In this document: positions 25,499 to 32,000 of the stretch, in pieces | Numbering within the stretch: the first letter of the stretch is position 1 | Layout: every line of letters begins with the position of its first letter | Origin: Candidatus Lokiarchaeum ossiferum | GTDB lineage: Archaea; Asgardarchaeota; Lokiarchaeia; Sigyniarchaeales; Promethearchaeaceae | Length of the DNA: 32,000 bases | Assembly (NCBI GenBank): GCA_025839675.1 | Contig: CP104013.1 | Coordinates: 1,740,001-1,772,000 of the forward strand | Direction: 5' to 3' | Notes under the pieces: generated by a model | The model's database searches: none | The model's input: only the letters and a program-made list of their open reading frames with translations | What the model was told of the DNA's origin: nothing | Program-made: the position numbers and the translations under genes

Positions 25499-26685
25499 TA
25501 CAAAAGGATCGGTAAATCGTTTTTCCTTTCTATCTTTGTTAAATATTGAATATCTGTAAAAATTTTTCTTAAGGTTGCCTTTTGATCTTCGTTTGATTCA
25601 GAATGAATCAAATTTTCGATTTCCACAAGAATTTGAGGTATTCGACTAAGAACGATCAATTTGATCGAATCAATTTGTGTTTGGTCTGAACCTTGTAAAG
25701 TTAATTTTTGATAACATTTGATAATTTCTATATCGGAAATTTGATAATATTTTTCAATAATTATAGAATTGAAATGATTTTTATCCCATATTCGCCGAAT
25801 GAATGAATCAAAAGGTCGATTTGGCATAATTTTCAATAAAGTAAGAGGTTCTAGTGATAGCAATATTTCTTGGGGGATACTATTAGAATATAACCCAGGC
25901 ATTATTTTAGCAAGAGATTCAGTTGCAAGATAATGAATTTCCTTAAATTCATCAAGTAAAAGTTGATATAGAAGATGAACTGATTTTTCAGAATGAATAA
26001 AGCCCAAGGAGATTGAGAGGATTTTTCGAATTTCAATATCTGGATCTTCGATATACGATTCGAGAACTTCTAATGAAGAAATACTGTCCAAAGAACCTAA
26101 TTTTATTATTGCATCTTCTTTAAGGTGCCAAGCAAGATCTGGAATTTTTAAGCGAGATTTTAAAATTTGAAATAATTTTTCCTTCTGAAAACGGGGTAAT
26201 TTTGGAAGGATTTCTAAAATTTTATCAGATTCATAAACATGTGGTTCAATCTCATTTAATATTCTTCCTGCATTTATTGCTAAAGCATCATTTTCATGCA
26301 CCAACAATTCGATCAGAAAAGGTTTGAATAGTCCGAAATACCTATGAATTTCTTTTTTAAGAGTTGAATATAACTTAAAATCCGTTGAAATTAGATAAAA
26401 GAGGGAAAATTCAAAAAATTTCGTTTGTTCATTAGAAGAAAGAAATTTATTAATATTAGAAAGGAAGTTTAAAGGAATCTTTCGACCCAAATCACGCTCT
26501 ATTAAGAATAAAACCTTTTTTTTCAATTCTCGTGAAGGAAATCCTAGAAGAAATAATAGATCTGCAGTTTGGAATAAAAAATTAAGACTTTGTTTCAATT
26601 GATCAAAATTAGTTTTTTTAAATGTTTTTGAGTTTTTAATGTCAATACAGATGTTGTGGTATAGTTTAAATTCCTCAAGATGCAA
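25498..26685 (-). CDS. HEAT-repeat (PBS-lyase-like) protein, TTG start
   Basis: The whole protein is helical repeats. The clearest HEAT-like units are 'AIIKLGSLDSISSLEVLESYIEDPDIEIRKILSISLGFIHSEKSVHLLYQLLLDEFKEIHYLATESLAKI'. TTG 26685 is preceded by GGTGAT (26696-26691) with a 5-nt spacer, and the first in-frame ATG is ~260 codons downstream. Confidence 0.6.
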   Translation of the reverse strand: MHLEEFKLYHNICIDIKNSKTFKKTNFDQLKQSLNFLFQTADLLFLLGFPSRELKKKVLFLIERDLGRKIPLNFLSNINKFLSSNEQTKFFEFSLFYLISTDFKLYSTLKKEIHRYFGLFKPFLIELLVHENDALAINAGRILNEIEPHVYESDKILEILPKLPRFQKEKLFQILKSRLKIPDLAWHLKEDAIIKLGSLDSISSLEVLESYIEDPDIEIRKILSISLGFIHSEKSVHLLYQLLLDEFKEIHYLATESLAKIMPGLYSNSIPQEILLSLEPLTLLKIMPNRPFDSFIRRIWDKNHFNSIIIEKYYQISDIEIIKCYQKLTLQGSDQTQIDSIKLIVLSRIPQILVEIENLIHSESNEDQKATLRKIFTDIQYLTKIERKNDLPILL

Positions 26686-26701
26686 GTAAAATCACCGATT
26701 T

Positions 26702-27868
26702 TTAATCCCGTAAAGAAATTCCAATAGCATTTCCAATTCCTAAAATAATGATGTTATCTTGTGGTTCTGTTTGAGAGCGAATGATTTGTTTTAATAACCT
26801 AACAATTTTGGGGACTGCACCTAAAATTTCTTCGGTCATTGGTTGGACAGCCTCTACAATAGATTCCCTGCATACAATAGCTTCCAAAGGTATTGAAGGA
26901 TTTTGTTTTAAGGCGATAGATTCGATTTGAAATTTATCGATATTAGTATTTTTGCCAGCACCAATTGCTACACCCAACCCTTGAGCGACTGTACCAGATT
27001 TTTCACCTTCCAATCGAAGAAAAGCATCTATCGTTATAATTAAAGCAATTTGCCTATTCTCTGAATTCAATTTGTTAAGAAGAGATTCCAATGCATCCCC
27101 TGGTTTTCCAACACGACTTTCAGGACCAATTGGTCTACCACAGATACAATTTCGAGATTTGAACATTATTTCTTCAAAAATAATGTCATTAAATTTAAAA
27201 TCTTGTTCAAGTTCATCTCCAGAAGGATTTTTTTTTGTAATGTTATCTAAGACGAAATTTTTTACAGCTAGGGGCCCAATTGAATCACCAATAGGAGATG
27301 TCCCCATAAATGAATCTAAAGCTCTTACATATGCTTTTGCTGTCAACATCGTTTGAGAGATTTCTGAAGCGGTTTGTAATAAAAAAAGGTATGATTTGGT
27401 TTTTTCACCCACGATTAGATTATGACGTACATTTTTGCAGAGAGAATCCAATTCGATCGTTGTGTTTAATAAAGAAGTAATTTTAGTCAAAGATAAATCA
27501 TCAATATTAGGTAGAAATTTTTTTATTAATTGATGAAAACGTTCTTCTCGTCGTGACATTAAGAAGTGCATTTTTTGATATATATGTGGTTCAATAGTGG
27601 AAGGTGAAAGTACAAAAAAATCGAGCATCTCACGTATGAAAACTTCAATTTCACGGTTAGTGATGGATTCCGATCTATATGGATCAATAGATTTTTTAAT
27701 CAATTCGATCCCATAATCCCGCCAAACAGCAAGATCATTTACTGCTCGTTTGATCTGCTTAGAAGCATACCATCCTTGCCAATTTTGACCATAGAAGAAC
27801 ACCAGTAATAAAAGTATCACAAAGAAACTGATCAGAAAATCTGCAATAGAACCTAAAATATCAACCAT
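26702..27868 (-). CDS. N-terminally membrane-anchored protein of unknown function (reminiscent of the archaeal DUF1512 family; unverified)
   Basis: I prefer ATG 27868 ('MVDILGSIADFLISFFVILLLLVFFYG', one TM helix), preceded by GAGGT (27880-27876) with a 7-nt spacer. The ORF-track start at 28057 would overlap the divergent PPAT gene. Conserved-looking C-terminal blocks: 'SPIGDSIGP', 'VGKPGDALE', 'ITIDAFLRLEGEKSGTVAQGLGVAIGAG'. Confidence 0.6.
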   Translation of the reverse strand: MVDILGSIADFLISFFVILLLLVFFYGQNWQGWYASKQIKRAVNDLAVWRDYGIELIKKSIDPYRSESITNREIEVFIREMLDFFVLSPSTIEPHIYQKMHFLMSRREERFHQLIKKFLPNIDDLSLTKITSLLNTTIELDSLCKNVRHNLIVGEKTKSYLFLLQTASEISQTMLTAKAYVRALDSFMGTSPIGDSIGPLAVKNFVLDNITKKNPSGDELEQDFKFNDIIFEEIMFKSRNCICGRPIGPESRVGKPGDALESLLNKLNSENRQIALIITIDAFLRLEGEKSGTVAQGLGVAIGAGKNTNIDKFQIESIALKQNPSIPLEAIVCRESIVEAVQPMTEEILGAVPKIVRLLKQIIRSQTEPQDNIIILGIGNAIGISLRD

Positions 27869-27960
27869 CAAATAAACCTCTTTACTAATTAGTTTGTTAT
27901 TGTCATAAAAAAATTCATGCAAAAATTTAATGCTTTTAAAATAGAAGAAAATTATTGAAG

Positions 27961-28434
27961 ATGGAATATAAAATATCGTATCCATACAAATATGTTGGTC
28001 TTGGGGGAAGTTTTGATCATCTGCATGAAGGTCATCATGAATTATTAAAAACAGCATTTAAAATGGGTGAAAAGGTAGGCATTGCTCTTACTACCAATGA
28101 ACTGCATTTTGGCAAAGAAATTGAAGAGCTGATTGAACCATATAATATCCGAAAAGAACATTTAGAAGATTTTATAATAAACAAATTAGGGAAAAAAAAA
28201 GAAGAGTTTGTTATTATGCCATTGAAAGATCCCTTTGGTGTTGCTATAACTGATGAAAACTTGCAAGCACATGTAAGTTCTTTAGAAACGTATAAAATGG
28301 CCTTGAAAATTAATGATTTACGAGTGGAAAGAGGATTAGCACCTTTAGTATTAATTGTGATTCCATTAGTTCAAAATGAAGTAGGAAAAAAAATTAGTTC
28401 TAGTGATATTAGAAAAAAAATCGCCAAAAAATAG
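27961..28434 (+). CDS. coaD: Phosphopantetheine adenylyltransferase, archaeal/eukaryal type (cytidylyltransferase fold)
   Basis: 'VGLGGSFDHLHEGHHELL' (GG.FD.LH.GH nucleotidyltransferase motif) and C-terminal 'ISSSDIRKKI'. ~157 aa. ATG 27961 is preferred over TTG 27955. Confidence 0.8.
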   Translation: MEYKISYPYKYVGLGGSFDHLHEGHHELLKTAFKMGEKVGIALTTNELHFGKEIEELIEPYNIRKEHLEDFIINKLGKKKEEFVIMPLKDPFGVAITDENLQAHVSSLETYKMALKINDLRVERGLAPLVLIVIPLVQNEVGKKISSSDIRKKIAKK

Positions 28435-28448
28435 AATAAACGCTTCCT

Positions 28449-29189
28449 CTAAATTGCTAAAAGGTTTTTAATATAATTGATTAATTCCCGATTTCCTTTT
28501 TCAGCCAAATCGAGTAATTGATTTAATTCCGCTCTGGAAAAATTCTTCCCTTCACTGGTACCTTGAACTTCAACCAATTTATTATCTTCATCCATAATTA
28601 CATTCATATCAACTTCTGCATTGCTATCTTCAATATAGCAAAGATCGAGTTTTGGAACATCTTTTATAATTCCAACCGAAATTGCAGAAAGTATTTTATA
28701 TTTAGGCATACTTGGAATGAGTTCTTTTTTCACAGCCATTTGAAGGGCATCATAAACAGCAACAAAAGCTCCTGTTATGGAGGCACAACGTGTTCCACCA
28801 TCAGCTTGAATGACATCAGCATCAATTTTGATAGTTATTTCACCGAGATTATCAATATCAACTGCCGCACGAATTCCGCGTCCAATCAATCGTTGAATTT
28901 CCATACTTCGACCAGGGATTTTTCGAGTACGATCTCGATTTCTCCGTCTATCGGTAGCTCGAGGGAGCATATCATATTCAGCAGTAATCCATCCTTTTCC
29001 AGAATCACGTAAAAAGCGTGGTACAGAATTTTCAACAGAAGCGGTAACTATAACTTTTGTCTCCCCCATTTCTATTAACACTGAGCCTTCAGGCCATTTT
29101 AAATAGTCCCGAGTTATCTTAATAGGCCGCAGTTCATCATTTTTTCGTCCATTTAATCTTTCGTCCCTCTCGTTATTGTTTTCACTCAT
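28449..29189 (-). CDS. rph: Ribonuclease PH, bacterial type
   Basis: 'GRKNDELRPIKITRDYLKWPEGSVLIEMGETKVI', 'GWITAEYDMLPRATDRRRNRD', 'GRSMEIQRLIGRGIRAAVD', 'DVIQADGGTRCASITGAFVA'. ATG 29189 ('MSENNNERDE') gives 246 aa. The 42-codon upstream extension in the ORF track is hydrophobic noise. Confidence 0.9.
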   Translation of the reverse strand: MSENNNERDERLNGRKNDELRPIKITRDYLKWPEGSVLIEMGETKVIVTASVENSVPRFLRDSGKGWITAEYDMLPRATDRRRNRDRTRKIPGRSMEIQRLIGRGIRAAVDIDNLGEITIKIDADVIQADGGTRCASITGAFVAVYDALQMAVKKELIPSMPKYKILSAISVGIIKDVPKLDLCYIEDSNAEVDMNVIMDEDNKLVEVQGTSEGKNFSRAELNQLLDLAEKGNRELINYIKNLLAI

Positions 29190-29300
29190 GTAAATCACTT
29201 TTTTATAATTACTGAAAAAAAAACAGCATTTGTTAAGAAAGATGTGTTTCATGGAAATCTTCAAGAAAATAATTTTAACTACAATGAATAAGGTAAGAAC

Positions 29301-29588
29301 ATGGAAAAAAATCAAGTTTTATTGAATTTAATAAAAATTGTAAGAGAAGATCCATCCGTTTCTTACTTACAGGAACTGGACCCAAGAACTGAGATATATG
29401 TTCACGAAATGAATAAAACTGATTTAATCTACCTTAACCAAGAATATCCAAATTTTTTACCCGCCGAGAATTCAACTATTTTTTCTATTAATGTGATTTC
29501 AAGTAAAATGATGGAAGGGAGTGGATACAAAAAATTTAGATTTTATCTTGATCCCTCGGGTAAAATTCTGAAAAGAATTGAATCTTAA
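29301..29588 (+). CDS. Hypothetical small protein (95 aa)
   Basis: Clean ORF with an ATG start, divergent from rph. No recognisable motif. Confidence 0.4.
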   Translation: MEKNQVLLNLIKIVREDPSVSYLQELDPRTEIYVHEMNKTDLIYLNQEYPNFLPAENSTIFSINVISSKMMEGSGYKKFRFYLDPSGKILKRIES

Positions 29589-29767
29589 TTACTTTCTCAT
29601 TTGAAGTAATATTGATAAGCTATTTTCCAAAAAAATATAAAAGTGATACATTTGGAACCGAAGCTTTAAATTAATCTTATTCTAAATGAACAGTGAAGAA
29701 AAGCAATGAAATAGGTTTTTAAGTTTGATCAACCGAATTAATAACAAGTATTACGAGTGAAAATTTT

Positions 29768-32000
29768 ATGCCAAAGACACCATATTGTTCTACCATCGAT
29801 GAGTTATTTACAGAATTACATTCACAAAAAGGAGGATTGTCAACTGGAGAAGCGCAAACAATTAAAGCGCAAGTGGGAGATAATGAAATACCAAAAAAGA
29901 AAGTAGGATTATTTCAAAAATATATCAAACCTTCAATTAATTTCATGACGATCATTCTATTACTCGCTGCACTCCTACAATTATATTTTGTTTTTTATTT
30001 TGAAGGTAGTCCTGTTTCTCCTATCACAATAATCGTGATTGTATTGTTTAATGTAATTGTTGCCATTAGTCAACAATTTCGAGCAGAAAAAACGATTGAA
30101 GCCTTAGAAAAACTGACGGCTTATAAAGCCACCATTCTTCGAGATGGATTCACAACAGAGGTAGAAACAAATGATTTAGTTCCTGGAGATATTATGATTT
30201 TAAATCAAGGTGCCTATATATCTGCAGATGCACGAGTTATAGAATCAAATGAACTAAGTATTGATGAATCGAATCTAACGGGAGAGTCCGCACCAGTATT
30301 AAAGAAAACTGCTTCTTTAGAATCAGAAAATGTACAAATTCAAGAACAAAATAATATGTTATTTAATTCGACTTTTGTTAATTCTGGAAGTGGAAAAGCC
30401 ATTGTCACTGCAATTGGAGTCGAAACAGAGATAGGTAAAATTGCAAAAGGTATTGCTCAAAATGACCAGAGAGATATACCGTTAACAAAAATGATGAATA
30501 AACTTGCAATGGGTTTAGGAATATTTGTTATTTTTGTTATTTCTCTATTATTTATCGTAAAATCTATAAATGGAATTGAAAATATTCAAGAAGAAATAAG
30601 TTGGTTGATTTTTATTGCTATTGCTGCAATTCCAATTAATTTTCCATTGATAACAGCCTTAGTGTTATTATCCGGAGTTATCAAACTTTCTCGAAATCAA
30701 GCAATTGTTCGGAATTTAAGTGCAGTAGAAACAATGGGTCGATTGAATATAATTTGTTCAGATAAAACTGGAACTTTAACACAAAATGAAATGACTGTGC
30801 AAAAAATATTCTATAACAATATGAATTATGAAGTATCAGGCCAAGGATATGATCCGAAAGGATTTATTACCTTAGAAGGTAAAAAAGTCAATGTATTGCA
30901 AGATATATATCTTTGGAAGATGTTAATAAATGGTGTTGTAAATAATAATGCAAATTTAATCGAAGAAGAAGTTGCGATTAAAAATGGAACAATAAAGAAA
31001 TTCAAAGTTTTAGGAACTCCAACTGAAGGGAGTTTACTCACTTTAGCGAAAAAAGGGAACATAAATCCACAAATTGAAAGGGCTAATTATGATGTTCTCA
31101 AAGAATTGAGTTTTTCTTCTGAAAGAAAACGCATGTCTAAGATAGTAAAACGTGAAGGAAACATTCATTGTTTATCGAAGGGAGCCCCCGAACAACTATT
31201 GAGTATTTGTTCAAAAATTGTTTTAAATGGTTCGATTGTAGCTTTAACAGAAGAAATTTCCAGTAGAATAATCTTCCAAATGGAAAAATATGCAGAAAAT
31301 GGTTATCGCAATTTAGGGTTTGCATTTTCTCCACTTGATGAAACACTCGATATGGATGAGGTAACACCAGAACTAGTCGAAAAAGATTTAATCTTTTTAG
31401 GATTAGTTGCATTATCCGATCCTCCACGTAAAGGTGTAAAAAAATCAGTGGATTTATGTAATCAAGCAGGAATGAAAGTCGTAATGATTACAGGCGACCA
31501 CCCAATAACCGCAAAATCGATAGCCAAGGAAGTTGGAATATACCAGGATGGAGATAAAGTCTATTCTGGAGCAGAGATTTCACAATTAGCAGAGAATGAA
31601 ATTTCTAACGCAAGTGTATTTGCACGAGTTGCACCCGAAGACAAGAATGAAATTGTTTTAAAATTACAAAATCAAGGCTTCATCGTTGCGATGACTGGTG
31701 ATGGGGTCAATGACGCTATTGCATTGGAAAATGCAGATGTAGGAATATCTATGGGAATTACGGGAACAGATGTTGCAAAGAGTGCCTCCGATATAATTCT
31801 CACTGATGATTCCTTTAACACAATTGAAAGGGCAATTTATCATGGTAGGGGTTTGTTTAACAACATAAGATCAAATACAGTATTTCTATTGGTCTGCAAT
31901 ATTATGGAAATTTTAATTTTGTCTTCAATTTACCTTATATATCAAGAAAGGCTTTTTTCAGAATGGCAACTCTACTTTCTATATGTTTTACCACATTTCT
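29768..32000 (+). CDS. P2-type cation-transporting P-type ATPase (3' end outside window; absent from the supplied ORF track)
   Basis: I translated the frame by hand from ATG 29768 and found no stop before the window end. Motifs: N-terminal 'GLSTGEAQTIKAQVGDNEIPKKK', 'TGES', 'ICSDKTGTLTQNEM', 'KGAPE', 'DPPR', 'MITGDHPITA', 'TGDGVNDAIAL', 'DDSFNTI'. Confidence 0.93.
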   Translation, partial: MPKTPYCSTIDELFTELHSQKGGLSTGEAQTIKAQVGDNEIPKKKVGLFQKYIKPSINFMTIILLLAALLQLYFVFYFEGSPVSPITIIVIVLFNVIVAISQQFRAEKTIEALEKLTAYKATILRDGFTTEVETNDLVPGDIMILNQGAYISADARVIESNELSIDESNLTGESAPVLKKTASLESENVQIQEQNNMLFNSTFVNSGSGKAIVTAIGVETEIGKIAKGIAQNDQRDIPLTKMMNKLAMGLGIFVIFVISLLFIVKSINGIENIQEEISWLIFIAIAAIPINFPLITALVLLSGVIKLSRNQAIVRNLSAVETMGRLNIICSDKTGTLTQNEMTVQKIFYNNMNYEVSGQGYDPKGFITLEGKKVNVLQDIYLWKMLINGVVNNNANLIEEEVAIKNGTIKKFKVLGTPTEGSLLTLAKKGNINPQIERANYDVLKELSFSSERKRMSKIVKREGNIHCLSKGAPEQLLSICSKIVLNGSIVALTEEISSRIIFQMEKYAENGYRNLGFAFSPLDETLDMDEVTPELVEKDLIFLGLVALSDPPRKGVKKSVDLCNQAGMKVVMITGDHPITAKSIAKEVGIYQDGDKVYSGAEISQLAENEISNASVFARVAPEDKNEIVLKLQNQGFIVAMTGDGVNDAIALENADVGISMGITGTDVAKSASDIILTDDSFNTIERAIYHGRGLFNNIRSNTVFLLVCNIMEILILSSIYLIYQERLFSEWQLYFLYVLPHF

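Noticed and set aside
11734-27356. Other short track ORFs nested in or antisense to confident genes: 6546-6740, 11734-11922, 12173-12358, 13902-14114, 14426-14716, 16140-16361, 16845-17033, 20388-20609, 20539-20727, 21732-21917, 27072-27356
   Set aside because: Each lies wholly inside a gene with clear family motifs in another frame or strand, and none shows a motif or start context of its own.
27869-28057. 63-codon N-terminal extension of the 26702 gene in the ORF track (start at 28057)
   Set aside because: It would overlap the divergent PPAT gene by ~100 nt. The internal ATG 27868 has a GAGGT SD at ideal spacing and begins exactly at the TM helix.
28563-29315. 149-aa plus-strand ORF (28563-29012) and the 42-codon upstream extension of rph (29190-29315)
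   Set aside because: The first is antisense to the strongly supported rph. The second adds hydrophobic junk ('MIFFHVLTLFIVVKIIFLKI...') not found in RNase PH and overlaps the divergent 29301 gene.
30826-31427. Two minus-strand ORFs (30826-31062, 31137-31427)
   Set aside because: Both are antisense to the P-type ATPase frame, which carries DKTGT, KGAPE and other motifs across this interval.
1-32000. Scan for tRNA/rRNA genes, CRISPR repeats, transposase or integrase genes and defence-system hallmarks
   Set aside because: I saw no G+C-rich structured islands, no regularly spaced direct repeats and no recombinase, nuclease or ATPase defence-type ORFs. By eye the window is core chromosome, not a mobile island.

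Overview
This is an AT-rich (roughly one-third G+C by eye), densely coding chromosomal segment. I call about 33 protein genes and found no rRNA, tRNA, CRISPR array, transposase or integrase. Housekeeping genes: purH-guaB, leuC-leuD, two tandem long-form ilvE paralogs, adk with a Zn lid, archaeal/eukaryal-type phosphopantetheine adenylyltransferase, bacterial-type RNase PH, 5-formyl-THF cyclo-ligase, an endonuclease-IV-like TIM barrel, a Dus-like flavoenzyme, an SDR epimerase, an HD hydrolase and a SAM methyltransferase. A P2-type cation ATPase runs off the 3' end and is absent from the ORF track. Between these sit less ordinary genes: a Rab-like small GTPase with an altered catalytic motif, two longin-like domain proteins, a stand-alone receiver domain, and three Zn-ribbon-headed membrane proteins that each sit next to winged-helix proteins. 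There is also a tightly coupled three-gene operon (membrane-anchored protein, HEAT-repeat protein, acylphosphatase) whose downstream genes start at TTG and, apparently, ATT. The archaeal-type PPAT, split LeuCD, Rab-like GTPase, longin-like domains and strong Shine-Dalgarno usage suggest an Asgard (Lokiarchaeia-like) archaeon; this is inference and cannot be confirmed without a search. The best candidates for an undescribed system are the Zn-ribbon membrane protein / wHTH modules (1003-5142 and 6867-7695) and the 25217-27868 operon. All functional calls rest on motif recognition by eye; no database searches were run.
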